Of a stretch of 36,661 nt of DNA, positions 1-11,240 are shown piece by piece. The position numbers were made by a program, and so were the translations under genes. The stretch covers positions 1 to 36,661 of the forward strand of contig NKIB01015301.1 of NCBI GenBank assembly GCA_002256025.1, in the 5' to 3' direction. A model generated the notes under the pieces. That model was not told where the DNA came from. It saw only the letters and a program-made list of their open reading frames with translations, and did not search any database. Source of the stretch: Asterionella formosa (taxonomy: Eukaryota). How positions within the stretch are numbered: position 1 is the first letter of the stretch; each line of letters opens with the position of its first letter.

Positions 1-227
1 ATAACATGGAAAATACAATCGTAAAAGAAGTAAAGTAATAACACTAATAATGACAACGAAAATTGAGATCGCCGATAACAACATGAAGTCGCGTTTTTCT
101 TGCGAGGTGAAGAACTCTCTCATTTTTCACAAGACGGAAATAATTGTCATATTAATACATCTTAGAAAAATGTGCGCTATCCTGTAGAACTAAAGAAATT
201 TACTTAGGTCCATTATAAGGGAAATCT

Positions 228-310
228 CTTCATTGTCCTGGGCCCCCCTTAAGTAAAATCAGTCAAATTCAGTCACGGCAGTGTACATTGGGGGGTCCAG
301 GACAATGAAG
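228..310. repeat. 83-bp hairpin / MITE-like element with 21-bp inverted repeats
   Basis: 228-248 CTTCATTGTCCTGGGCCCCCC and 290-310 GGGGGGTCCAGGACAATGAAG are reverse complements with one mismatch; 41-bp spacer; no clear TSD. Confidence 0.7.
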
Positions 311-843
311 TATACGGTATTCTTGGAGTTTTTCAGATTTCTTGAATATAGACTACCGGTAATCTTGTTTCATCGGAAATTATAATTTTATGACGAAGAT
401 AAACAAGAATTTATACATATGGACCAAAATACATTGACAAATCTGCAGCTACCTGGTACCAAAGCACCCCAGCAATGCATTTTATGCTAGAATAGAATTA
501 TAGTAATGTAATTGTAAAAATTTAGCTTCATCAAACAAGTTAATGAAGATTTCAATATAACAAGAATTGTTGCTCAGTGACTGATTATTTTTGAGGAAAA
601 GAAAAAAATATACAAACAAGCAAGCTAAAGACGAGAGCAAACTACATGCCTAAGAGAGGATTCATTTTGGACTCTTTGACACGACCTGTCACCTCCCGAC
701 AAACAGCAAGCAGCAACAACAACAACAAAGAAGCGCCGATACCGGTAGTCACTTGTTTAGCATCTGATTCAGACGAGAGTTTATTCGGTTCCAAAGGTCA
801 TTTCATCAAAGGCTTTCATCGAGACTTTTTCAAGGCACTTATA

Positions 844-1737
844 ATGGCACACCGTTTCAGTCGCAGCAAGGCTCGAATGTCAAGTGATACACATGCTCAC
901 GACGACGCGCTTGCAATATTGGCAAGTACGTTTCCAGCTGCGACAGAAGCCGAGCGTCAGAGGTTCTTGAAGGCTCGCAAAGGAAACCTTCAAAGTGCCA
1001 CTGAGAAGCTTGGTGAATTCATGGACTGGAGAGTCCGACACAACTTGGACTCTCCGGAACATGCATGTGATGGTCGAACTGACGAACAAGATTGGGCATT
1101 GGCCTCAAAACTAGCGTTGGAGTGGGAAGAACAACAAAAGGAGCACGAATCAAATCAACGATTTTCCACAACCAAGAAACGAAATAAAGTCACGATTCTG
1201 CCACAAATCGTTAATATGTATTTTATGGAAGTAGACCACAATAACAACAAAATTGTTTCACCATACAGGACCAAGGACTCCAAACTAATCCTTCACGTGT
1301 TACCTGCCCAAGTCAACAAGAAATTTGCTACTGCTGAAACCTACGCCCTTGCCAAGGCCATTTACTTGGATCTTAAATTTGATCGACACACGTCATGCGA
1401 GTTGGCTACTATTTTTATTGATGTTCGTCCCGGTCGTGGATGGGCCAACCCCCCGGCGTATACCATGATGCCATTCATATCGAATGTCAGTAGTGTATTG
1501 CATCAATACTTTCCAGAACGACTTCATCAATGCATCGTTTATCCTCTTCCTAAGGCTGCCATTTGGATTTGGGACATTGCCAAAACGTTTTTAGACAAAC
1601 GTGTGGTTGACGCTGTGTCGTTGATTGCAGGGTCGGATGCTTTGACTGCAGAGGCGCCAACGAAGGCGTTGAGTTTGCTATTGGAGGATGATGTTATCGA
1701 AAAAATGGAACAAAGGAGAGTGGATTTGTTTTTGTGA
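844..1737 (+). CDS. CRAL-TRIO (Sec14-like) lipid-binding domain protein
   Basis: N-terminal RFLKARKGN..A..KL.EF..WR (CRAL_TRIO_N), then IFIDV, LHQYFPERLHQCIVYPLP..AIWIW.IAK.FLD. The ORF is open from 646, but ATG 844 or 878 is a more likely start. Confidence 0.85.
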   Translation: MAHRFSRSKARMSSDTHAHDDALAILASTFPAATEAERQRFLKARKGNLQSATEKLGEFMDWRVRHNLDSPEHACDGRTDEQDWALASKLALEWEEQQKEHESNQRFSTTKKRNKVTILPQIVNMYFMEVDHNNNKIVSPYRTKDSKLILHVLPAQVNKKFATAETYALAKAIYLDLKFDRHTSCELATIFIDVRPGRGWANPPAYTMMPFISNVSSVLHQYFPERLHQCIVYPLPKAAIWIWDIAKTFLDKRVVDAVSLIAGSDALTAEAPTKALSLLLEDDVIEKMEQRRVDLFL

Positions 1738-1880
1738 CTTTATCATTGTCAATTAAAAAATGAAAGTAGATTTTCTCCGCATTCCTTGGATATAATTGAG
1801 GTTGCTACTCCAAAATGAACTTCAAAATAGCAATTATAACATTGAAATGATATTTGAACTTATTTTTCAAAGCAACTATT

Positions 1881-2689
1881 TTATTCCACTTCCAACGGTT
1901 CTGCTGAACACATGACACACTCGTGCAACAATGCTGTGCATTGGTTGTTCCATGTCCCACCACAACCACCACCACCACCACCCCTTTGAATTTTGTTTAC
2001 TAAGGTTGCATCCACTTCCGTTGGGCTGGTTTCACTCTCTTCCACCAACATTTTCAAAATGAAATAATTGATGCAAGCAAAGCACCCTAGTGTCAGAAAA
2101 AATGAAATAGTACGGTCCACACCAAACTTGACAAGCGATGTACTCATGGCAGTTGTCCCGATCAACGAAATGGCGTATCTGGGCGAAGGAAGAGGGGAAG
2201 AAACATAATGAGAAATGCTTTTTTAAAAAAAATTTAACAAAACGGTCACATTCAAAAAGGGCCCCAAAGCCCGTAGCAAGGAACGTACACTCGATAACAG
2301 CCTCTAAGGGTTCTCAGATACTTCTCTTTAGTCGAAATGGAATCTAGGCCATACACAAAAAATGCATTCAGCCAATGTTGCGTGGCCACTTGAACCAAAT
2401 ATGCCAGAAAAAAGGAAACAGCATGCTTATGCTCCTCAATTAGGATTGGTAGATTGGTCAGTTTGCATATACGACCATACAATATCCTTTCGAGGGTGTA
2501 AAATACAACGTTACCGAAATTTCCACTAACGAAGAATCGAAACGCTTCCGGTAGCTTGTAAAATTCGGAATAAATGCTGTCTATGTTTACTGGTACCGGC
2601 GCTGACACCGGCGGAGGAGGGATGCCTCCACGAGCAGCAGCCGATACAGCAAGTGCAAGAACAGAATAGGAGGTAGCAATGGGAAACAT
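1881..2689 (-). CDS. GtrA-like multi-pass membrane protein, 2 exons (2689-2289, 2178-1881; 232 aa)
   Basis: Intron 2288-2179 (GTACGT...CCCAG) joins two ORFs in frame as ..GCYRV/YAISLIGTTAM..; FRFFVSGNFGNVVFY...VSFFLAY..QH.LN.FFV resembles GtrA flippase-like proteins; hydrophobic N-terminus. Confidence 0.7.
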
Positions 2690-3120
2690 GCCAAATAATG
2701 AATCAGAATAAAGAAAGATTCCACAAGCTTTTTGGCATCGGCTTTTGTTTGAGCGTCGTTCTTGTCGTTTGACCCTGATATTAACAATAGTAAATATAAT
2801 AATGATGATAATAATAATGGTGTCTGAATTTTGCTGGATCAATCATTCACTTCGTCGTCGTACCTTCTTGTCATCCTCGATCTTCGTTGCTTGTTGGAGC
2901 GAGTAATGATACATTCAAGTACGTTGAATACAAGTCACGAGCAATTGGAATTCATTGGATTGGCTGTCAGTCATGAATCATTGACAAGATAACAACACCG
3001 GGTACCGATAAAATGACGGTTTTTATATTCATATACAGATATATGTATATTTGACAGGTATACTCCGTCGCAAACAAATCAGGGACGAGTGAAAAAAAGG
3101 TTTTCGCCAGCATATTGGCC

Positions 3121-3894
3121 ATGGCGCTTCGTCCATTCCTCGCCCAGTCGCAGCGCCTGGCATCTTGTTTCATCCTGCTTCTCAATATCAATCTCTCAGT
3201 ATGCTGGTCCTACACCTCTCACAGATCATCATTGTCCATGAAGCGCATTCCTCTCTCCTCTAAATCTGTAGAGTCCGACCTTTTCCGACGGGGCTTTCGT
3301 TACGTTCTTGGCAGTGACGAGTCTGGAACTGGCAGCATCGCTGGTCCTGTTGTGGTGGCCACGTGCTGTTTGCTTCAAGAAGAGGAGACTGTGATGCTGG
3401 GAGTGCAGGACAGCAAGACCTTGACGGCAGAAGAACGAACTCGCATATATCACCATGTGATCACCCGTCCTGACACGTATGCCTGGAACTATCACATTGC
3501 CACACCGATGGACATTGAACAAAGCAACACCATCAAGGCCACAATGCAAGCATTCCAGAATTCCATTCAACGACTGGTAGAAGATTATGATTTGCCACCC
3601 AACCAAACGTACAGTATCGTGGACGGCCATCGGACACCAATGCTACATGTTCCCATCAAATGTCGGCCTTGGAAACATGCAGACGCCCAAGTGTATACTG
3701 TCGCTGTGGCTTCCATTTTAGCAAAGGTCACTTTGGATGCCATTATGATGGACCTGCATGACCAATATCCAATGTATGACTTTCATACTAACAAGGGATA
3801 TCCGACGCGGCAACATGTGCAGCACATCCATACGTACGGAATTACACCCTGTCACCGAATTCAGGCCAAGCCAACCCAAGGACGAAAGCAGTAA
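3121..3894 (+). CDS. rnhB: Ribonuclease HII, bacterial type, with N-terminal signal/transit-like extension
   Basis: GSDESGTGSIAGPVVVA, QDSKTL, IVDG, DAQVYTVAVASILAKV, NKGYPT..H, YGITPCHR are RNase HII motifs; first ATG at 3121. Confidence 0.93.
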   Translation: MALRPFLAQSQRLASCFILLLNINLSVCWSYTSHRSSLSMKRIPLSSKSVESDLFRRGFRYVLGSDESGTGSIAGPVVVATCCLLQEEETVMLGVQDSKTLTAEERTRIYHHVITRPDTYAWNYHIATPMDIEQSNTIKATMQAFQNSIQRLVEDYDLPPNQTYSIVDGHRTPMLHVPIKCRPWKHADAQVYTVAVASILAKVTLDAIMMDLHDQYPMYDFHTNKGYPTRQHVQHIHTYGITPCHRIQAKPTQGRKQ

Positions 3895-4935
3895 ATCGAG
3901 GAGATAGTATACGTACATTTCAATCCACGAGTGAGACAAATGAAAAAACAAAATTTCGGCATGGAATAGATTGAATTGCTTGGAGGCAAACATGCTCTAT
4001 ACCCGACATTTTCATTCTTTCGAAAACTGCCTTGGCAGGAGAACTCATACTTTTTGGTCACGTCCCAATAAAGAACCTCGAGAATACTTGTAATTTTCAG
4101 CATACGCTGTATGGTTCATCATGAAACACCAACATGAGATGTAGTTTCCAACATCCACCAAACGCAGATTATTTATCTCACATGGCAAAAGGTTGTACAC
4201 TCTAATGCAACACTATTGACGCTGCATGTAGGAGAACCGACATGGAAAGTAACAAGCTTATAACGACTGACTTTTTTCTCAAGACGCTACTTCTGCGTTC
4301 ACAGTTAAAAAATAATTTATTGCTGTGTCCTGCCCAATATTATGGCCTAAGTAATTTCGTCATATCGAGCTCATTGGTATTCACCACTTGAAACGACTCT
4401 GCTGCTTCTATGCACATGGGGCGCATAGGCTCCAGCAAGTGAGCAAATGTAATCATTACTCCAGAGGATGACGAAAATGGAGTAGATCCAGACAAATTTT
4501 ATAAGCATTATTTCATTTGCATTGTCCCTGCCATTGCCACTTTCTGCTGCTTTTACTAGACTCCATGATAAAATTAATTTTCAAAATGCAATGACTCGAT
4601 CGTTAGCGACATTCCAATGCTGCACACATTAGTTGATCAAATCTTACAAATGGTCATGGCGTCCACTATATACGGAACGCTGGCGAAATCGTACAATAGA
4701 GATGGCATTTTTGTCTCTATACAGTGCTGATTCGCTGATAGGAGATTCCAAAAATCATTTTGGAGGTAGACACTATTGGGGTTACCGTTCCATTGACAAT
4801 TCCCTGGGACCGAAATTTGCGACACATTAATAATGTAATTAGAACGATTTTGATGATCAAAGCATTGCTTTGGAAGACATCTTTATGGGATTCCGTAAAT
4901 GTTATTATTAGTGATTTCTATTCATGTGTTATTCA

Positions 4936-7900
4936 TTACTCACCCCCTTTTCTAGTGCTCCTGGCAAGAGAACGCCCGACAAAGGCTCTTGTGAAAGCTC
5001 CACCAAGTGATGGAAGATCAGTCGTAAGGATTGCACCACCAACTTCATCTCCCATGAATGCCGCCAAAGATGCAACCGTCGGAGCTCGCTTTGTTACTGG
5101 CTCCTCATCCACAATAGACGAAGCTCGTGGTCGCTTTCTATTCTTCTGTTGGGGGGGAACATAAATTCTTGGAACATTTTCTTCCTCATGCTGGTCATTA
5201 CTTGATATGGATAATGGGGAAAGCTCTTCTTCGAAATCCACGCACGTTTTAAGCAACATCATCTCGCCAGAGCTACATACAGCAAACAATCGTACCGGTG
5301 TCTCCTTTACCTCCTTTAGCTTTTCTCCAACTCTGACCCACGCGGCGGTTTGCTTTTGCTTACCGGTGGCGACAACCGAGATTACCTTACCATTCAATTC
5401 CCATATCAGGCTTTTATTTGGGGTCCCGGAAGTCGCATCTAACAACAACACCTTGGTCACCTGCTTCTTCACGAAAAAGGTTGAAATAGCAACCATCTCG
5501 TGACTTACCAGGAACTGAGCGTTCAGGACTGCGGCGTCCTCACAGTTGGGAGGTACGGCACATTTCCAACCTTTCTGACCTTTTGACCCAAAAGGTGACT
5601 GAACTAACACTGCAGATTTAGATATTGTCATTACCATGTCAGCATTGGTTGTTGTACTGATGAATTGGATGCTGTCAATGCAATTGGTATCACAATGCTT
5701 GATTGTATGCATGAGGACGGCTTCCTTGTGATTCCATAGAGAAATCAAATGGCCATAACAGATAGCTAAGGTGGAACCGTCTGGGGAAAAGCAAGCACCT
5801 CCACGACTAGTGCTGTGATTCGAAAATCCAGCTGGTGTTGTCACCTTGTACTGGCAAACCCATACCGGAGTCCGTCGACTCTTCGTGTGATCCTCTTCAT
5901 CTGGGATCGCCGAGATTCGTCTCCAGACTCGAAAGGCATTTTCATCATTACTGACTGTGCATGCAACGTCCCCACGAGGCGACAGTGCAATTGAAGAAAC
6001 TTGATTTTCTTCCCCATGAGGAAAAGTCATGACCGCAGATACGACGTACGGCACTCTCTTTCCTTCATCTGTGGTCGTAGGAGAATGCGTCCAAAACTTG
6101 ACAGCTGTGATTGTACCCAGTTCTTCGTCGTGGTAGGTACGGGGTGCCCCTACATAAGCGTTTTCTGTTGGAATAACTTCAACAGTCATGACATCATCGC
6201 CAGACTTGCTAAAGGCGACCTGCGTCACCTCTGGAGCTGGCATGGGATTGTCAGCTTGTTCTGTTCGACTGACTCGGTTGTAGGGTGCAACTTCCAGTTT
6301 ACATGTCACATGTTCCTCTCGAGGATCAAACCAGTGCAAACAACCAGGAGCTCCTTCCAGTCCAGTCAAGACCAAGTGAGAGTCTGATTTTGGGTCAACG
6401 AGTACGGTGGCTTCATTACCAGGAGTTGCCAATCCATGCACCTTCCAGATTCGCTTTCGGTTGTGCGCTCGAACTAACTGCAAAGAATTGTCTTCACAGT
6501 AAATCAAAATTCCATTTGGATTGATCGCAACAATGTGCACAATACCTCCCAAAGCTACACGAGGTAAGACGTCGGCTGGCCCAGATGTCCCCTTCGATAG
6601 CTGCCAAATGACCAATACACTTTCTTCTCCTCCACTATACAACATGGGCTCTACGGCATCACTGAGTCCATGGTAAGCCATGGCCATGACTGGGTGAGCA
6701 TGCCAATGCACTCGTCGAACAAGGACTGATTTGTAAGGCTGTTGTGGTTTTTCTGTCGCATCTTTGTCGGCTTTTATTACTTGTTGGTGATAATCTAAAA
6801 CGGTGGGAATCACATTCGTCATGACTCGAACATCTCCTAGCCAATAGCCGCACGTCACGTCATTTCCGTTGGGCGAAATAACTACTGAAGACAGAGTATC
6901 ACCATCTTGTGCTGGAAAGGTTAACATGGGAGATCGATTTGTTACGACTCCGCTCACCGTTGATCCAAGATGTTCATGATAGATATGAAAACCATTGCTT
7001 CGGGCAAGGACACAAAATATGTCACGATTCGTTTGTTCAGAAAATTGCTTGTGTGCCTTGCGAGACAAGGAACAAAGTCGAAAAATAGAGGTATTATTGT
7101 ATTCGCCAAACTTGTCGAAACCAACAGTGCACTTGATTTCTTCTTTTAGAGACACCTGCTTCTTCTTAAGTTGAATCGTTGAGAGGTTTTGGTGCAGAGA
7201 TTTATCGAAGACTGGCAGCATGATGCGGTGGAGACATTGGGTAATTAAGTGAACGTTTTCTGGTATGTCATCATCACTGTCCTTGCAAGGCTTTTCAGAC
7301 AAGGAAAAAAGCACAGTTCCATCATTCAAATTCAGGTCGGTTGGAGCAGTTAAATGATTGATAATAAGATTGTCTAGCATACGAAACACTCGTCTGGGAC
7401 GAAAGCAAGGACCAGAGAGTTGAAATGTGCCACAATCTGGGTTATTTGGTTGCGGAACTGCTTTCGCAGAAGTCAGCTCAGCCAATGCAAACTCACGAAG
7501 GGATCCATCCTGACAACCAACCAGTAAAATTTGTTCTTCGGTTTCCATAGAAACCATGGCTGCATCATCTTCGTCGCCAGATACATCGATATCATTGTCA
7601 GACTCGTCGTCGTTAAGTTGTTCTTGAAGAGCCAAATGAATGTCAGTTTGTTTTTTAGGAAGGTTCGCAAGGCAAACACTCTGAATAAGGATATGTTCTT
7701 CTTCGCCATTTCTCCTTGGAATAAAATGTGCGACTTTTCGTCCTGTCTTGTACGCTAACACAGTGACAAAGCGCTTGTTGGGCAATAAGATGAATTGCTC
7801 GTTTCCATCATCAAAAATCACAGGCTCGAGTATTTCCCATGCAACTGGATCTTGATGCGTCTTCCGCTTTGTCCTTGAGTGAAGGTCTCGCTTGGCGAGC

Positions 7901-7953
7901 ATGGGGCCGCCTACCCTTAGGGTTGCAGTCTCGATCGCCGCAATATCCGTCAT
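4936..7953 (-). CDS. WDR75: WD-repeat protein 75 / Utp17 (Nan1), t-UTP small-subunit processome component
   Basis: 1005-aa single ORF with VHWHAHPV, LYSGGEESVLVIWQL, VLPRV, CFSPDGSTLAI and a C-terminal LPSL...F motif typical of WDR75/Utp17. Confidence 0.85.
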   Translation of the reverse strand: MTDIAAIETATLRVGGPMLAKRDLHSRTKRKTHQDPVAWEILEPVIFDDGNEQFILLPNKRFVTVLAYKTGRKVAHFIPRRNGEEEHILIQSVCLANLPKKQTDIHLALQEQLNDDESDNDIDVSGDEDDAAMVSMETEEQILLVGCQDGSLREFALAELTSAKAVPQPNNPDCGTFQLSGPCFRPRRVFRMLDNLIINHLTAPTDLNLNDGTVLFSLSEKPCKDSDDDIPENVHLITQCLHRIMLPVFDKSLHQNLSTIQLKKKQVSLKEEIKCTVGFDKFGEYNNTSIFRLCSLSRKAHKQFSEQTNRDIFCVLARSNGFHIYHEHLGSTVSGVVTNRSPMLTFPAQDGDTLSSVVISPNGNDVTCGYWLGDVRVMTNVIPTVLDYHQQVIKADKDATEKPQQPYKSVLVRRVHWHAHPVMAMAYHGLSDAVEPMLYSGGEESVLVIWQLSKGTSGPADVLPRVALGGIVHIVAINPNGILIYCEDNSLQLVRAHNRKRIWKVHGLATPGNEATVLVDPKSDSHLVLTGLEGAPGCLHWFDPREEHVTCKLEVAPYNRVSRTEQADNPMPAPEVTQVAFSKSGDDVMTVEVIPTENAYVGAPRTYHDEELGTITAVKFWTHSPTTTDEGKRVPYVVSAVMTFPHGEENQVSSIALSPRGDVACTVSNDENAFRVWRRISAIPDEEDHTKSRRTPVWVCQYKVTTPAGFSNHSTSRGGACFSPDGSTLAICYGHLISLWNHKEAVLMHTIKHCDTNCIDSIQFISTTTNADMVMTISKSAVLVQSPFGSKGQKGWKCAVPPNCEDAAVLNAQFLVSHEMVAISTFFVKKQVTKVLLLDATSGTPNKSLIWELNGKVISVVATGKQKQTAAWVRVGEKLKEVKETPVRLFAVCSSGEMMLLKTCVDFEEELSPLSISSNDQHEEENVPRIYVPPQQKNRKRPRASSIVDEEPVTKRAPTVASLAAFMGDEVGGAILTTDLPSLGGAFTRAFVGRSLARSTRKGGE

Positions 7954-8030
7954 GGTTTCACTGAACTATGTGAAGTTACTCTGTGCAGGAGGGGGCTATA
8001 CCTACTTTCATTTACGGTTATGACATCTAG

Positions 8031-8073
8031 TACCGGTAGGGGACTACCAGGTACCGGGGTACCTGGTACCGTA
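8031..8073. repeat. Cluster of TA-CC(n)GG-TA palindromic units
   Basis: TA CCGG TA ggggac TA CCAGG TA CCGGGG TA CCTGG TA CCG TA. Confidence 0.8.
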
Positions 8074-8324
8074 GTTTTCATTGCATGTTGTGATGCTTTT
8101 GTCTTCTTCCTCCCCCTTTGTTTCTTCGCCTTCAAAATTATTGGGTGGAGCCTAAGGCTTGAATCACAAAAGGTTATGAGGAATTTGCCAATGCATGCAT
8201 CGCTGTGGTTTTACCTGGTAGGATTGCTTCTTACTTGGTACCCCTGTTACTGGTACTGTACCTGGCAGAGACCGCGTGATCTTCGTACATACCGGCAACT
8301 GGTTCCCAACCTGGTACCTGGTCC

Positions 8325-8412
8325 TTGCGGTCATTTTGCTCATACTAACATTTTAATCTCCGATAAAGATAGCTAAATCTTTAGTTTCAGCAAAATTTCC
8401 GCAACTTGCTGG
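8325..8412 (+). mobile_element. MITE-like family A, copy 1 (left end truncated)
   Basis: TTGCGGTCATTTTGC...GATAAAGATAGCTAAATCTTTAG..CAGCAAAATTTCCGCAACTTGCTGG matches the copies at 13.4 kb and 25.4 kb. Confidence 0.7.
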
Positions 8413-8878
8413 TGTCCCAGACCACCACAACTGGGAAATGAGCAGCCATACCAGTACGTGAGGATCCGTACCACCTACGTACAATCAAATTCTTACCTAT
8501 TTACTGCTTTGCTTCGTCCAAACATACAGCACGAGCGAGGTATCGGTACATAGAATAATGCATGGATGAATTACCGGTATAGGCCCGTAATGTTATGCAG
8601 TCTTTAGTCGTCAAAGTGCATGCGGGGGAAGAGTAATGAGCCCCTCAAATGCATGTTACACATGTGAGACACGTAACATCAATTTCTATTTTTAGCATTG
8701 GAATTTTCCCTTTTTCTGGTGTACAGGAGTATCAAAGTTGGTAATTCTATCGCAATAATACGCATTGGGGAACAAGCCGTTGCTTGCTATAGGTACTAAA
8801 TTGGAGTGCGAATTTATTTAAACTTGGACGTTTCTTGTGCAGGGTACAACACATTCATCATCTATGCATGAAAAAAAG

Positions 8879-9904
8879 TTAGGATTTCACCGTGACCCAA
8901 CTAGGCTTGGAGTCATCATAAGCTCGGCATGTATCTTCCTCGCATTTGGTACAGCCAACAGGATGTTTCCAAAATGTGGAATGTCCTTTCCCAGAACAAT
9001 CTCCGTCAAGACATTCATCTGTAGGCCGTCCATTGGTGTAGTAATACAAGGCCATGGATCTTCGTGCCCTTCCCTTGGGTGCTACCAACGGCTGAGGGTG
9101 CCCATGGTATGAAAAATCAGTCGTACTAAATACCACCACACGACCCAGAACGGGAAGGATACGCTGTACACAGCTGGTCAAGTCCTTCGACCAAAGTTCC
9201 AAATGTCCTCCATGGTCTTCAGACCAGTCGGGGTTTAGGTAAATAAAGGCATTGACTCGTCGATCAATGTTGTATTTGGGTCCATGCTTGTTAAAGTCGG
9301 CGTGTACCTGTAGTGATCCACCAGTAGCTGTAAAGTGAATTCCACTCCCCTTATAGTGAGGATCTGGAATAATCCCCACAATCCCTGACAGGTCTTCCAG
9401 AAAGGTGAGAAAGGGCGACGATTTCATAACTCCAAACAGAATTCTGGTATACACGCCCATCAAATCTTCGTGGTCAATATAGGATTTCTTATTTTGCTCA
9501 AAGTTCTGATAGCACGTCTTGTGGGCATTGTGCAAGCATCCACTGAGTACTTCCGATTCTGGGTTTTCTTTCAAAACTTGTTGCAGGATGGAATCAGGAA
9601 AGATGCCATCAATGGCAATGTGAGGGTATGGATCCCCCATGCTGTACTGTTGCTTGTACTGGTCTGAAATGGACTTGAGTCGTTCGGCAGATACTGCGGC
9701 GAAGAGCTCTTCAATGACAGACACTTGAATATCCTTGGTATGCTTGGTGTCCTTCATTTTTGCGTACAACAATGCTTCCGTGCACGCTGACGAAGAGTTC
9801 CAAAAGTACATGAGCAATGACGCGACCACGACGCTCCCTGCGATGAGCGGGATTGGCACTTGTCGTTTGGCGGCAGCATATCTCTTGGTGACGAACGGCG
9901 ACAT
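8879..9904 (-). CDS. 2OG-Fe(II) dioxygenase (2OG-FeII_Oxy_3 / prolyl-hydroxylase-like) with N-terminal membrane anchor
   Basis: HxD in LQVHADFN, RRVNAFIYLNPDW, GGHLELW, distal His in SYHGHP, RRSMALYYY (2OG-binding Arg); hydrophobic residues about 16-34. Confidence 0.9.
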   Translation of the reverse strand: MSPFVTKRYAAAKRQVPIPLIAGSVVVASLLMYFWNSSSACTEALLYAKMKDTKHTKDIQVSVIEELFAAVSAERLKSISDQYKQQYSMGDPYPHIAIDGIFPDSILQQVLKENPESEVLSGCLHNAHKTCYQNFEQNKKSYIDHEDLMGVYTRILFGVMKSSPFLTFLEDLSGIVGIIPDPHYKGSGIHFTATGGSLQVHADFNKHGPKYNIDRRVNAFIYLNPDWSEDHGGHLELWSKDLTSCVQRILPVLGRVVVFSTTDFSYHGHPQPLVAPKGRARRSMALYYYTNGRPTDECLDGDCSGKGHSTFWKHPVGCTKCEEDTCRAYDDSKPSWVTVKS

Positions 9905-10466
9905 GGTGGGGTAGTTTAATTAGTCCTGTCTTTAATATTACTACCGGTGCTAACAACAGAGGCTACCGGTAAATGTATGACTCAAATCAGCAAGATACAA
10001 GGAATTTGTCTACCGGTATGTTCTATGCATCAGAAATAATATTCCGGTAATCCGGTAATAGTGAGCGACACAACCTAACAAGAGATTCTTGTCTTACATC
10101 AGGATATGATCATGTATGTTTAATCATACACCGAGTCAAGTTGACAAAAGTGAGTGGCGGACTTGCGTTGATATGCAAGAATGGATATATAGAAGTTTAA
10201 AATCCCAATTCCATATAACAATGAGTACATTGATACTTTGATTTCGAACTAGGGGCGAAATAAATATCTTATAAATCGCATTAGTAAATCATTCGTTTTT
10301 TGCTTCTACTATTTTTTTTTCATTTATACCCGTATATGTAAAAAAACCCAAATGTTTTGCAAAGCTGCTTCGGTATGATAATACTGTATAAGACTATCAG
10401 CGGCAGTTTTGGGTCGTGCGTGCACAAATCCGAACCACTACAGCTGTCAATACAGTACTAACATCG

Positions 10467-11240
10467 GTGGCTAGTATGCATATACATAAAATGATGGATA
10501 GAAAGAAATGATTATGTTCATGATGTAGTATGGAAGTGGAGCATGTTTATAGTACCAGTAAATAAGAGTCTTTGCAACACCTGATGTGTTCTGGACTCTT
10601 GTTCAAACAGTGAACTGTAGGTTTACTGTACAATGAATAGTCTCTGTTTCAGACCACAGCAAATTGTGTGTGTTATTTGGGAGGAAAGTAGAAAGCAGCT
10701 TCAAAAATACCATTATTCAGATGGTGTTGCATTGTGCAACTAAAGCAATTTGACTTACTAGCTACTAGCAGTTGACTGGCTGGGATTGTTAATGGCAAGT
10801 GGATGAGTTCCCAAGATGATATATAGGATCATGGTGAAGTAGATAACAAGCAATGCTGCTATACAAAATGTATGGCTTGGAATGTTTGTTTGGAGCAGGA
10901 GCAATGTCTTTTTTGTTTGTACAAACAACCCAACATACATACAAGCAACTGTGCCAGTACTTCTACTTACTGGTCTACCATATCATGTTCAGCCCCCATC
11001 ATGAATGCATGCATGCATCATTCAGGAGCATTGCATGTGACTGCCAACTTATAATATAGTACTGATAATGGCCATCTCCAATGCACCATTCCAATCTCAC
11101 ACAGCAAAGCAAGGCAACAAGGAGGAAGTAACTACCAGTACAGGTATTGCAAGTAACAAAAACCACATCATGCAGGATGGCACAGCATCAGGGAACAAGC
11201 AATGCAGCCCTGCTAATGATAGGTGTTGGTGTTTGTTTGA
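10467..11240. other. CpG-free intergenic block, probable decayed methylated repeat/TE
   Basis: No CG dinucleotide found by eye between the CGs at 10465 and 11241; rich in TG/CA; no credible ORF. Confidence 0.6.

Noticed and set aside
646..843. N-terminal 66 codons of the CRAL-TRIO ORF
   Set aside because: Low-complexity, UTR-like sequence (AAC repeats, a TACCGGTA motif); a downstream ATG is more plausible, though not proven
3950..4900. Possible gene or pseudogene between RNase HII and WDR75
   Set aside because: Only short ORFs; no recognisable motif or consistent splice model
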